Source: Fistulifera solaris (taxonomy: Eukaryota). Taken from it: 64,000 nt of DNA. Numbering within the stretch: the first letter of the stretch is position 1; every line of letters starts with the position of its first letter. The stretch spans positions 62,001-126,000 of the forward strand of contig AP026131.1 of NCBI GenBank assembly GCA_030295235.1. The letters are read 5' to 3'. Made by a program: the position numbers and the translations under genes. The notes beneath the pieces were generated by a model. That model saw nothing but the letters and a program-made list of their open reading frames with translations. It was not told the origin of the DNA and ran no database searches. This document shows, piece by piece, positions 22,701 through 35,298 of the stretch.

Positions 22701-25700
22701 CCTTCAAACGAATGATTGATGCAATACGGAGAAGAAGCTGCCGTTCATCTCTAACCGCTTCGACAGATAGAGGAGCTGACACTCCTAAAACGTCTCTCGG
22801 CATACTTCTCCGAACTGACGCAGCCAACGACTCCAAAGGTTTCTCATTTTTCGTACTAACTATTTCGATCTCCTTGCCAACGGGGACGAAAATGCAGCCA
22901 CGTTCAATAGTCTCTAAAGCTTCCCCTCCCCCTGGATCTCTTCCAAAAACATAAACAACAGCGGATACCTTGTCTCTGTCAGAGTCGGGGGTCATCGATA
23001 TGACTTTCGAGTCATTGACACCAGCTCTGCCAGTGCGGCATTGGACATGCACTTCCACAACCATAAGTGTGACAGGAGACGGTAGATACGGTTGTGTGCT
23101 TGTTGTTTGTGTGGCGCGAGATGCGTGTATCTGAGAAGGTCGCGTTTTGGCTTTTAGTTCTCCTCCTCCCTCCACAAATAGTCTGCCACCTTGGTTACCT
23201 ATACCCTCAAGAATTTCTCCGCGTGTCGGTGAAGCGGACTCAGGCGTATCATCAAAATTGTTTGTCCTGGGTGTCAAAATTGGTTGCGGAGACTCATCCT
23301 CAACCCACTCAGCTTCATTTACTATTGCTTCCTCAACCGACATATCCAAAGAATGAACGTTGGCGACAAATTTCTGGCAGCTCTCGTCTTGCGGCGACTC
23401 TGCTGCGACCTCCTCTTTCAATGAAGGCTGACGACTGCTGGTACTGCAGGTTTTCTTGCCTGTCTTCTTCCGTTCAGTCTTCAACCACAGATCCACCGCC
23501 TTCCGGTCCGGAGGCTGGCGAACTAACTGTACGTTACAGTTCTTAGCGCGTTCTGATGACATGCAAAATTTATATTTCGACTCTTTGCGCTTGTTGTACA
23601 AGTATAGATGGCGCACCCACTCTGGAGTGACATTCTCAGCTGACATGGCATGCAACCCGGTCGCTTTTCCTCGAGACAAAACTTCATCGCGCGTTGGTGG
23701 CCGACGTCGCAATGTCATGAAATTCGGAACTTTTGTGACGTTCGAATGCAAATGGTTGACAGGCAATACTTGCATTTCAGCACTAGTGGCGTTTACATTG
23801 AACTCATCCCATAATTCTTTGCTTTCCGTAAAATCGTTGTCCGATTCGAATGAAGGATTAAGAGAGAACTTCTGGTTGACAGTCTGTATCAAGGGTTGAG
23901 TGGCAAGATCATGGAGTTCCTTTTCTAGTTGATCTTCACTCATGTCCTCTCCGCCGAAAACATCCTCATCTTCATCCTCATTTACGTCGTCATAAGGAAG
24001 AAGAGTGTGCGGATTGATGAAGTCGTCTAGTTCCTCATACGGACCATCCGCGACAATGCCTTCACCGCGCTCAATTCGCTGACTCATTTCATACTCAGTA
24101 GACTCACAGTCGTCCATTTGACTCTGCCGTAAGTCATAATAAGACTGGGAAAGTTCTTTAAGGCGCTGATCATTCTGAGAAAGAGGCAAAGCGCTTTGAG
24201 AGAGCTGACTAGACAGTAACTCAATCGAAACTTCCTCCTGACTCTCTGCCTCCGCGGAGAGAGACGTTGGTGATGATTTACCGAAGAGTTCGCCAAGTGC
24301 ACCTAGATCTTCGAGGACCTCGTCATTGTCGGGTGTAAACGTGGTTGCTCGTTCCACTTTGGAATGCGGAGTCACGATAGGGCGTTTTTGGAGATAGTCG
24401 TCAACTCTCTGAATAGCCCTGTTATGCCTCTCTACGATTTCCTTTAGCACGCGTTGAAAGTTCTCCGTCAATCCCGGTGTAACGTCCACGAGGTCACGCA
24501 TACCTTGAACCGCTAAACGCGCCCCCGGTTTTGCAGCACCTTTCTTGACATTTAAAGTCAACCCTTGACTCAAGAAATCATTCGATGGTGGAACCAACTT
24601 GGCCATGCGTCGTCGTTCTTCCTGCCATATTTCTCTTAAACTGGGCACCGCTCGCCAATGCACCGTATCCTTGTCTTCTTCCTCAACATCCGTCATGACC
24701 GAAAGAACATTCAAAATAGCTTCCACGGAAATATCCAATTCAAGTCCACAGCTGGTTTCTTTCTTAGCAATGAAATCATGCTGAGCAGGAGACGCATCGG
24801 AATCAGATGGCTGTTGTTGCTGCATTAGTAACGAATGAATGTCCTCCTCAGATGCAACGCTATTGGCTTCATCCACGACAATAGATGTTTCTTTCCAGCG
24901 GTAAGAATCGGGTGTGTTGGATTCCAGAAATAAGAAAGTGTCGTCCACTGAATGGCTGTTCGATTGCATAGGTATTCGTTTCGGCAGCGGATCACGAAAT
25001 CGTAGCAAGCTGTGCTGCTTTCCATCGCAAGAAGTATCACTCAAATGAATATAAGCCATTCCCGACAAGTTGTAATCCTTGAAGAATTGCATCGTGTAGG
25101 GTATATGCGCCTCGTAACAATGAAATGATAGTGGCATGTTTGAGTCTTGCGGCAAGCAATCGTACTGCGCATGATCCGGATAATAAATGGAAGGCAACCC
25201 CTCCAATCCCCTTTCCAATTCTCGTTTAACTTTCCATCGCAATGCCGGATTGTAATACTCGACGCGCAAAAAGGGTGCTGTGGGAGTGGAGTGAGACAAT
25301 TATACGCTAACATAGCATGTTTCTTGTGATGTTTCTCTTACCAGAAGGACCCGGACAATACGTGTAGAAACCCCGACCTTCGACGACAGTGACCCGTCGA
25401 ATAACAGGCATACGTTGTTGCGGAGGATGATTGGAGGAGGCGGCTTGCTTGGTGGAATTGATTTCGAAACTCGCTTGAATGGCCGCTTCCAAAGTTTCCT
25501 TCAATACGGGTAGCACTCGCTCAATATCCTGCACCGAATCCCAATTGATTTGTTCGGTTTCACGACCCGGAGACAGATAATGCGATCCATCGGGTCCTGC
25601 CGCAACGGGCCGTGCGAGAATATACGGAAATGCATTGTGAATGTAGAGACATGCCGTTTGTATGGGTTGCGGCAATACCGCCAAATCTCGTGTCGTATCA

Positions 25701-25921
25701 CGGCGAAGAATGGGACCAAAGACACGCAAGACAGGGACTTCGACGGGTATGGCTTGATGATATTTAGGGTCTTCCAGAGGACATGGCGGTCGCATAACGT
25801 AATCAATAACGGTGTTGAGAACGGAACAGATAGGAAGGGGATCATTGAGAACGTTGAATGATTCGCTTTGTTGTATATTATCGCCATCGCCCTCGTTCTT
25901 GCTCATCAATGGGGTATTCAT
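19775..25921 (-). CDS. REV3: DNA polymerase zeta catalytic subunit
   Basis: VPVLRVFG, CLYIHNAFPY, YEAHIPYTMQFFKDYNL, RGSQYKVE, DFTALYPS, RQLALKYVANVTYG, YGDTDS and a C-terminal Cys clusters region. Several introns and indels. Confidence 0.95.
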
Positions 25922-26382
25922 AGTGTATTACAGAGACAGTTGTTATTCAAAGAGGAATATTGTTCAGGTAGAGGAAAGATAAACGGAGAATCTTCACATA
26001 ATAAACAAAATAACAACAACCTTCTCGAACGTGGCGCGTATCGATGTGACGCTCCTTAATGAACGCCACAAGCGGGTCTCTTGTCCTATGACAAAGTACA
26101 GATTGACGAACTTTACCCAAAAGCAAAGAAAATGATAAACGTCAAGGTTTTTCCATTTTATTGGGAGTGAATGAACACATCAACAATATAATAGAGAATA
26201 CTGGTAAGGTTAGAGCCACAGCAGCGCGTCAACCTTCATTATTTATTTTTCGGAGGGATGTTTTTCATCGCAGTATAATAAGGGCGATGTTCTCTCTACT
26301 AAGGTTATCGGTAAGATTACTGCGGTGCCCACTCCTTCTCCCGAAGTTACGGAGTCATTTTGCCTGCGTCTCTTACCTGGAC

Positions 26383-26688
26383 TAACTATGGCTCTAACTG
26401 TATGGTCAATCATCCACGACTGCATTTTAGTCATGAGTGACTTTTCCCCCGAGCGCGCATAATGCGTCAACTAGACCAAACGTTCATTTTTAGCTAGCTT
26501 TGTAAGAACCTTTTGCTTTTGGAATGATTCATTTCACCATTGGTATGTTTAGAAAGCGGATCGATCGATGTACAGGTATTATTACGAAGAAACGTTTGCG
26601 GACCGTTTTCCTTTGCAATTACTATAGCTCAAAGTGTTGGCCGTTTCTCGTCACGACTCACTCCATTTCAGTCATGAGCGCTTTACCA
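26383..26688 (+). repeat. Two copies of dispersed repeat family B core, about 236 bp apart
   Basis: ACTATGG...CCACGACTGCATTTTAGTCATGAGTG (26385-26439) and TTACTATAGCTCAAAGTGTTGG...CATTTCAGTCATGAG (26619-26678). The latter matches 54871-54892 at 20 of 22 nt. Confidence 0.7.
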
Positions 26689-26833
26689 GGTGCATGCATG
26701 TATTTCTTACATCGATCACCGATGGCCTTTCCTGTGATGAAAAAAAAAAAAAAAATAAGTTACGAAGTAAACGCCCTGCTTTGAAGAAGTCGAAAAGCAA
26801 GCGTCGGTTCTTCTTTTGACGCGAGCGCAAGTC

Positions 26834-27781
26834 ATGTCGGCTGCTACTGACGACGACGGTTCGCGGAAGCGCTTTGAATGTCAATTGCTGGATCCTTTGC
26901 TTTTGTCGCGGTTCTTTTCATCCGACGATGATAACAATAACATACCGTTGTTCGAGGTTTCATCAGATAACAACAAACGCGCTGAATTTAATACAGAAGA
27001 GACACTTACGGACTATTTGGAGTTGAGGAGACAACAAAATGCCAGTTTCGCGGAGAAACAATTAATCGATGGAACTCGAGCTTTACAAGAAGGCGATACT
27101 AAAATAGCTCAACAGCATTTCCAACAAGGATTGAACATGATTCCGAATCATCAAGGCTTGCTACAAGCGATGGAACAATTGAAAGTCAAACTTAGGCCCG
27201 CACTGGCATCGAAATCGGAACGAAATTTGCGGAATGCGGCTCTGGAAGTAGCCTTTCTTTCCGAAGCGCCGTCGGCGGTGACCACCACTGATCCCAAATA
27301 TCCACTTTTACATGATGAACCAGACGAGGACGAAGAGAGTGAACCATCCAGGCGTCGTAGAAAACGAAGTAAGAAACGGAAGAAGGAGAAATACCATAAA
27401 AAGAAAGTAAAAAAGAAAAAGAAGAAGAGACGGCGGAAGCGTCATAGATCCGATAGTAGTACTACCAGCAGCATGTCATCCATGACAGAAGCCCTCGACG
27501 ATGACGAAAGTAGTACGAGCGCATCTCGAAAGCTAAAGCGTACGAAAGGAAGTCATCGCCTTGGCAATGATCACACCCGCCGTCATCACGACGAAGAAGA
27601 AAACTATGGTGGTGTCGGCGACGATTGCGACGACGATAGTAGCCATTTATTTGAAAAAGAAACCGCCGATCGGTCCCCTTTGCAAGCCAAGCGAAAGCAT
27701 TACGCGGAAGACGATTCTCCAGGATCTCTGGGAACAGTGGATTCCTTAAACATCACTCGAAAGAAACAACGACGTCGATAA
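26834..27781 (+). CDS. TPR-containing protein with Lys/Arg-rich low-complexity tail (possibly TTC14-like)
   Basis: LELRRQQNASFAEKQLIDG...AQQHFQQGLNMIPNH is a TPR-like segment, followed by a KKKK/RRRK-rich nuclear-type C-terminus. Confidence 0.6.
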   Translation: MSAATDDDGSRKRFECQLLDPLLLSRFFSSDDDNNNIPLFEVSSDNNKRAEFNTEETLTDYLELRRQQNASFAEKQLIDGTRALQEGDTKIAQQHFQQGLNMIPNHQGLLQAMEQLKVKLRPALASKSERNLRNAALEVAFLSEAPSAVTTTDPKYPLLHDEPDEDEESEPSRRRRKRSKKRKKEKYHKKKVKKKKKKRRRKRHRSDSSTTSSMSSMTEALDDDESSTSASRKLKRTKGSHRLGNDHTRRHHDEEENYGGVGDDCDDDSSHLFEKETADRSPLQAKRKHYAEDDSPGSLGTVDSLNITRKKQRRR

Positions 27782-27883
27782 GCTATAATTTGGCAATTTA
27801 TCACGTGACCATTCATAAACTATAGGACTTTTTGACCGTAATATAAGACATGAGTTATAAGTAATGACGATGTAAAATAAACA

Positions 27884-28149
27884 TTAGAATTGACTTCGTG
27901 TTTTGGCGGTGCCCCAATCTTCATCGAGGTCCATGGTGTTGTTCACATCACCTCTGCTTACTTCATCGTCACTGTCAGCAAATTTGTCTTTCGCGGTCGA
28001 ACGGTACCGGTACTTCGTTGCCGATGTTTTTCTTCGCAGGTGCGGCTTTCCTGCCCGCTGGTTTTTGCGCCCTCGATCGATTCGCAGCTGGCATTTTCCT
28101 GCGTTTCTTACCTCGACCAGGGCTATCGCTGTCGTCATCCATCAAATCA

Positions 28150-28196
<47 letters not shown>

Positions 28197-30457
28197 CTCA
28201 TCTTCCGGAACGGGAACAACTTCAGGATCATCGTCCGAATTGAGATTTTCGTCATCATCGTCTATGCTATAGTCGACACGCTTTCCTCTCGTATTACGGC
28301 GGGTCGATTTGGATTTGGTGGGTGCATCGAAGTCTACTTCCTCAACATCGCTGAGCTCATCCAATGCCTTTCGTCGGGCCGCTTTGCGTTTCGCATCACC
28401 CACAAAAGACAGTTGGGAGTTCGCCCACTCGCCATTGTTACTCCCTTTTGCGGGCTTTTGCTTTACCACGCTTCGAAGTGCCATTCTCCTTTGGGTCGTC
28501 GTTCTCACGGCCTCGTTTCTTGTGACGGTTGGAATTACTCGCCCGATTGGTAAGTTCTTCTACAGAGTCGTCCTCCATCACGCTACGATCCTCCATTTCT
28601 GTCATGTCGAAGGAGTCATCTGCGGAAGTATTCGCCGGACGACGAGTGCTCTTTGTGATTTCGATCGTCCCTCGTTTACCAATATGTCCGCTTCCATGGA
28701 CTGCTCTACCAGACTGTCGTTGAATTTTTCCTGCTTCGATCGGTCTGCTTTCTCGTTGTCGTCATCGTCGTCCACTTTTCGCGTGAGAAGAGCCTTTTGA
28801 CGTTTACTGAGCATACGATCGGCCGCTTCATCAAGAGAGGTGACCACCTTTTTGTCGACAAAATTTTCCATGGCTTCGGCCAAAACCTTCTCATCGAGAA
28901 GTTTCAACTGCGTTTCCGGCCCTTCCAGTATACCATTGACTATATCATCCATGTCGGTGTCTTTCAGTACTTCGGGAGCGATGGGTGCGGAAGTGACCTT
29001 GGCCTTTCTCGTCGCGGCGGCTTTGGACGGATCCTTTCGTCGGTGAAAAAGCAGAATGTCTTCTGGATTCGCAACTTGTCCGACGAAATGTGCCCCAAAG
29101 CGTTGATTGCTCAGTGTGGAGAACCCCGTGTGCTCGACACGCAGACGAACGAGTGGTTCACCGGGCTTTTCCAGCTGGTACATCAACGGACTGTCGTCAT
29201 CTCCCGCATCGTTGCCCAACCGACGAGCCTCTCGTAATAAGTCCCGTCGTTTGTCTTGCGCACTACACACCATGACTTTGACCTCTTCCTGTAAGACTGT
29301 TGCTACATGTTCATCCACCCGAGGATCTTCTGGATCGAGTTGTTCACGATGTTCCTGCAAGGATATTTCTGCCGTGACAAACGGCCGCACTTGCGTGAGC
29401 GGCACCGGTGTCAAACGATATTGCTTTCCCTTAATATCCAAGACACCCACTTTCTTCCGCGCGGCTTCTCCAGCTACCAGACTTGTTGCGACGGACGAAC
29501 CTGGTTGCGTAATACGAAAGGTACCCACAACGGATTCAAACAGATCGACGATACATTCGTGCTCGTGTCCCCACACCACCAAGTCAATCCATTCGGGTAT
29601 CATTGTTTCCTGAACGCAATTCTTGCCTCTTCCCAAATCTCGATTCTGATGCAACATGAAAATGTTAAAGAATCCCTGAGTGTCGTCGTTTTCTTCGTCG
29701 TCTTCGTCGGAGTTGTTCGTTTGACGATGATTCTGTTGATCAATATCTTGTTGCGGACGCAAAAACGAACTTTTGATTTTTAAACATGCGATGCAATCGT
29801 TCATCCCGCATACTTCCCAAACTGTAAAGACACAATTGCGTTTCTCCTTTTTTGAGAATGACGGGAGCGATTTCAATTTGTTCAATTTTATCTTGCTTTC
29901 CAATGTAATTGATTAAATTACAAGCCGCCAACAAGTCTAATCAAAGAGATTGTGAGATTGCAGAGAAGAAGACTGCATAGTGTGTAGGCTCTGCTTATTG
30001 ACTTACCCAAAGAGGCCAAGAAGGTGGTGCCTTTTCCATCGCGAATCGGATCGTCGTGATTACCGTGAATCGAAAAAATGGGCAAGTCAACGGAATAATT
30101 CGGATCTTGATAATTGACGACATGATTCGAAGCAAAATTCTTGGTAGGATCCGAGAGTATTTGTATTCGAACAGGATTATCGCCCATGCAATACTTTCTT
30201 ACAATTTGCATCGTACGAAACAAAGTTGCTCGACTTGGTCGATTCTCATGAAAGAGATCACCCGCCAAGAGCACCATATCACATTGATATTTCTTTGCTA
30301 GATAAAGAACTTCTTCAAAAGCGGCAAACGAATCCATTCCTCGAACAGCATCGCGTTCGTTGTAACCTAAATGATTGTCGGTAGAGATCATAATACGCAA
30401 CGTATCCTCATTGGGGAATTCTAACACCGGCGGAATCTCCTCTTCTTCGTCACTCAT
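27884..30457 (-). CDS. MRE11: Double-strand break repair nuclease MRE11
   Basis: STDNHLGY, LAGDLFHEN, FSIHGNHDDP, LHQNR, WGHEHEC, TQPGSSVATSL, PLVRLRVE and NQRFG...VANP. Intron at about 29937-30006, several indels, and a poly-Asp (GAC)n tract at about 28149-28196. Confidence 0.95.
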
Positions 30458-31135
30458 ACTGATGATTCTTCGAGGGGACTCAAAGATTAAGAAATAGGCA
30501 AGTTGTTACTCGACTGCTGAAGCTAGAACTTGGGAATAAGAAGATCCTTTCCATGAGGCGGGAGAGAATGACAAGAAGTACTAGGTAACAACGCTGCGTT
30601 CGCGCTCGCTTTTCATCATCACACGAGAGAGACGGCGCACTTTTTGTCAAACTTTCCCGCCGAGGAGAATGAGTCATGAGTGCAGTCAATCATGTGAGGA
30701 AGAAGGACGGACGCCTCATTTTATCTTCTTGTCACACTCGTCACGCGCCACTTCGTCACTTAGAAAAGGTGCGCGGAGTATTCTGTCAACTGTGGAGTAT
30801 ACATTTACAGTGATTAATGATTTATACAAATCTGGTACTCTAAATCTCAGTGTCAGCGAGCCGGCCTCTCCTATATTTCGTTGCATAATTATACACTTTA
30901 TCCTATAAATATCAAAGCATATACACAATTAGAGTAGCTGAAAGGGTCTCAAGTTCGCCGTTGGAGTCACTAACGGTCAAAAACTGATCCGGCTCCAAAC
31001 AACGAGAGCGTCTCTCCGTTTTTTTCGCCTCGCCCCCACAACCCACAAGCACAAGCATCTTCGTCACACAAGTAGTCGTCAAGTGATTTGCCAATCAATA
31101 CAGCTTTACTTCAGCCACGAAGTAACTCACTAACA

Positions 31136-32352
31136 ATGACGACAGCCGCCGCAGCATCGGAGGACTATGTTCCTCAAAACATCATGATTACGGGAGGAGC
31201 CGGTAAGTAACGAAATGACGCATGTTGTGTGCACTTCGATTTCGTGTGACCGTCGACTCGACCGCACCTTTTTGTTATTGTCTTACCCATTTTCGTTCCT
31301 CTTCTCGAATAGGATTCATCGCTTCGCACGTAGCTATCCTTCTCTGCAAAAAGTATCCGCAGTACAAGATTGTCGTCTACGACAACTTGGATTATTGTGC
31401 TTGCTTGGCGAATTTGCAAGAACTCTTTGATGCACCCAATTTCAAATTCGTCAAGGGAGACATTACTTCTCCTGATCTTGTCAGTTATGTACTTAAAGAG
31501 GAAAAGATTGATACCATTCTGCACTTTGCGGCGCAGACGCACGTCGATAACTCGTTCGGAAACTCATTTGCCTTCACGCAAACCAACATTTTCGGCACTC
31601 ACGTCTTGCTCGAGTCGGCCAAATGCTGTGAATACATCAAGCGATTCGTTCATGTCAGCACAGATGAGGTCTACGGAGAAGGAGAAGACTTTGATACGGA
31701 TCCCATGTCCGAAGAGCATGTTTTGGAACCCACAAACCCATATGCTGCCACCAAAGCAGGCGCAGAGTTCTTGGTCAAATCATACTTTCGATCCTTCAAA
31801 ATGCCCTGTCTCATTACTCGCGGTAACAACGTTTACGGACCGCATCAATTCCCGGAGAAATTGATCCCCAAGTTCACCAACATGTTACTCCGCGACATCC
31901 CCCTCACCATTCATGGAGATGGTACCAACACCCGAAACTTCTTGTACGTTACGGATGTCGCCAACGCCTTTGATACAATCATGCACAAGGGAGAACCCGG
32001 TCATGTCTACAACATTGGTGGAAAGAACGAAATCGCCAACATTGATGTTGCCCGGGCTTTGCTCAAGTTGTTCGGAAAAGAAGACCGAGAACAAGAGTTG
32101 ATCACCTTTGTCCCCGATCGTAAATTCAACGATCTTCGATACACCATCAACTCGAACAAGTTGCACGAGTTGGGATGGAAGGAACTGATGAACTGGGAAG
32201 AAGGACTCAAAACGACGGTGGATTGGTACAAGCAGTACTCGCACCGTTACGGAAACATTGATGCGGCGCTCGTCGCGCATCCTCGCATGTTGAATACCAA
32301 ACAAGATGTGGAAGCACCCATTGCGGAAAAGTTGACGGGTAAGGCCGTGTAA
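31136..32352 (+). CDS. NDP-glucose 4,6-dehydratase (rhamnose synthesis; RHM N-terminal / RmlB-type)
   Basis: NIMITGGAG|FIASHV across GT-AG intron 31203-31312; HFAAQTHVDNSF, HVSTDEVYGE, YAATK and YGPHQFPEKLIPKF. Confidence 0.92.
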
Positions 32353-32516
32353 AAAAGAAAGTAAGAGTAGGTTAGGGTGGAGGCCTCGTTTAGAATGGTA
32401 CTGAATCATTTGGATGGGGGCCATCGCCTCTCTAGCTTTACTAAACTAAAATACTCGGTCACTCAAAGTTAGACACCCTTGGACTACTTCAATAGTAAAT
32501 CGTTATTGCGGTATTC

Positions 32517-34362
32517 TTAGGGCGTACAGCGGTTAGGATCACGAGGGAACATGGAAGCTTTACGAACATTGTCCAATCCCAAGTAAAGGAATACCACTCG
32601 CTCGAGACCAATGCCGGCACCCGCGTGAGGACTCACACCGTGACGGAAGGATTCAATGTAAGCAGACAATCCTTCCCCTGGTTCAATGCCTTTGTCTTGC
32701 AGATTTTTCACTACGAGATCGGGATCATGGCATCGCTGGGCACCGGAACAGATTTCTTGTCCTCGAATGAAGATATCGTACGAATTCGAATACCGCTGGT
32801 CTTTCGGATCGGGCATGGTGTAAAAGGGACGAATGGTAGAAGGATATTTGTCCAACATGAAGAAGTCCGTGCCGTACTTTTCTTTGACAATGCGTCCCAG
32901 CTCTAGCTCCATTGCTCCATTCAAGTCGCCCATACCGTCCCCCAAATCAAACTTGTCTTTCAAAAGATCCATGGCCTCAGGCCAGTGCAAGACACACGGT
33001 TCGTCTGTAAAAGTGACCGGTTCCGATGCGTATTGTTGACGGACGACTGCCAACTCCTTGGCCCAGCGCGTCTCCAGACCATTGAAAATGTGTTTGAACA
33101 TTTTGTGAATGACTTCTAATGTTTCCATGTAATGATCATCAATGGCCATTTCCAAATCCAATCCGGTGAATTCACATAGATGACGACGCGTATTCGAATT
33201 TTCCGCCCGAAACACCGGTCCGATTTCAAAAACACGCGGTAGATCTGACGCAATCGCCATTTGTTTGTACAATTGTGGAGACTGGGCCAAACAAGCCGTC
33301 GTTCCAAAATAATCCGTCGTAAAGACTCCCGCCCCACTTTCACTTTCTCCCGCAATTAACTTGGGGGAGTGGATTTCCACAAACCCTTCCGCGTAAAGTG
33401 CTTCTCGGAACAACTGACATACCGCCGATTGAATGCGCATTATGGCATTGTTGGCGGGCGCCCGTAAATCCATCCAACGATGATCCAATCGAATTTCTTG
33501 TCCCAATCGAGGGAACGGCCGATCCGTGTCTTGTGAAGCCTCGACTTCCGCTTCACTGCGTGCCGCGTCTTCAACGAGGAATGGCAAAACCGCCGCGGCC
33601 TTTGAAACAGTGTGAATGCGTCGAATGGTGAGTTCGACGTCTTGTACGGAACACGATTTGACATCCGCCGGCACCACTGTTCCTTCTAAATCAACAATGG
33701 ACTCGACGGTGAGTGATTTCAAATATTTGAGCATTTTCTGCGAATCGTCTGGGTTCTCTTTATCTTTGAAATAACACGCCTGTATGGTATGAAAACTATC
33801 TTGTCGGAGCACCAAGAAACAGGAGCCTCCTTTGACACGTATCGAATGCAATCGTCCACGCAACCAAACAGTCTGTCCAGCATTCTCTTGCGACAAATCA
33901 GCGACCGTTGCGAAAGGACGCTCCGTTCGACTTTGTGACATGACTCGCGTGAAATCTCCCATGGTCGGATAAGTGTCTTGTTGACTGTAAGAAAGGTACG
34001 TAACAGGATCGATGCGATCTTGTGCTTCCTTGGCCAGACGCTCAGCTTCCTTTTTGGCTTGCTTCTCAGCTTTGAGACGTTCCTTTTCGGCTCTAGACGA
34101 GGGAGAAGAGAATTAGTTGGGTTGTGTCTATTGGATATTTGGAATAATAGTTTCGAATACGTACTTGCGGGCATCCCGTTCGGCTTGTATCGCTTGCAAT
34201 TCGGCCTCCGTTCTCTCTCCTCTATCGGAAGAGAGATATCTTTGAATTAAAGAAACAGAACGGACGCGAGGATACGCATGGCGATACTGCAGAGCAGAAA
34301 AAAGCTTGCGTTGTGGTACGCAAGGCAGTCAAAAGCATCATTATGGTGAGCTGTCGCGACAT
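32517..34362 (-). CDS. DARS: Aspartyl-tRNA synthetase, eukaryotic/cytosolic sequence type, with a putative N-terminal presequence
   Basis: OB fold (VWLRGRLH...FLVLRQ), LAQSPQLYKQ, VFRAENSNTRRHLCEF and GAGIGLERV...FPRDP. Intron 34093-34164 links a K/E-rich exon in frame; ATG 34362 requires one indel at the A-run 34298-34303. Confidence 0.93.
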
Positions 34363-34731
34363 GGATTGCACAAACGATAGCCGAAATACGGAGTAAATCT
34401 TAGTTTGTCGAAAAAGGGAAGAAGTACGTTTGTGTCGATGAAGCAACCAATTCGTGGCTCCTCGAAACAACAAAAAGGAGCAACAAAAGGCAATTGAAGC
34501 TCTTTAAAAGCACGAAACGAAGGGACTTTTAGATGATACAATAGGAATAACATCAAGGTCAAGTTTGACCTGCCATCAAAATAATGAAATTCTCCAAAGG
34601 TGGGGAGAAAACGTCAGTCATTCTATCCGACGTCAAAAAGCGGGCAAACGGCAAACCTCTTCGTCTTCGTTGTGTTTATCGTAAAAGTTTAAAAAATGAA
34701 CGGTGTGACGCGATCTGGTACTGGTGTTAGA

Positions 34732-34950
34732 CATCCAATTCTTGCCCCTAAGTGCATAGATGCGAACGTTTCTTTTCCACCATATGTGCTTGGTATCAGA
34801 AAGCAATAATCGTCACTGATTTGAAAACAAAACAAAACGTGGATGGAACAAATGATGCAACGCGTCGAATATCTACGTATTGTTACGTAGCTCTCGTAGG
34901 AAATTTATCGACAGAGGGGATTCCGGATGTGGGCCTGTTATTTGATTACA
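34732..34950 (-). repeat. Inverted solo copy of the ~215-bp family A monomer
   Basis: Collinear with the reverse complement of about 58555-58770. For example, 34885-34919 matches 58584-58619 except for one base in a G/C run. Confidence 0.88.
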
Positions 34951-35298
34951 GTAGACTTTTCTAGACTTTCCTTTATAATCATCAGTCATCATGAATGTTT
35001 TTGTCCGTCATAAAATCTCTAGGCTACATGATAACGAACACATAACTCGCAATCATCCATGCCGACCCATTGGATGGTGGATATATTTGGCTTGTAACCT
35101 TATTTGCGGATCTGAACCAGTCTTGTTTACGAAACTCGTGACTAATAATGCGTCACTCATCGCAAAAGTGACTGGCGGCAGAGATTCACCTCATCTCCTT
35201 CGCAACGGGAAGCGAACGAAGCTATTGCATCCATTCCTTCTTCTTCATTCGCTTTCTTTTTGATAGCATTAACAACACACACTGTTGATTATATTAAA

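Noticed and set aside
26381..26470. TAACTATGGCTCT resembles the LSU rRNA H69 region
   Set aside because: The match is only about 12 nt and does not extend. It is better explained as a family B core.
27890..28553. Plus-strand ORFs with poly-Arg, poly-Ser or poly-Val
   Set aside because: They are antisense readings of the (GAC)n poly-Asp tract in the MRE11 C-terminus.
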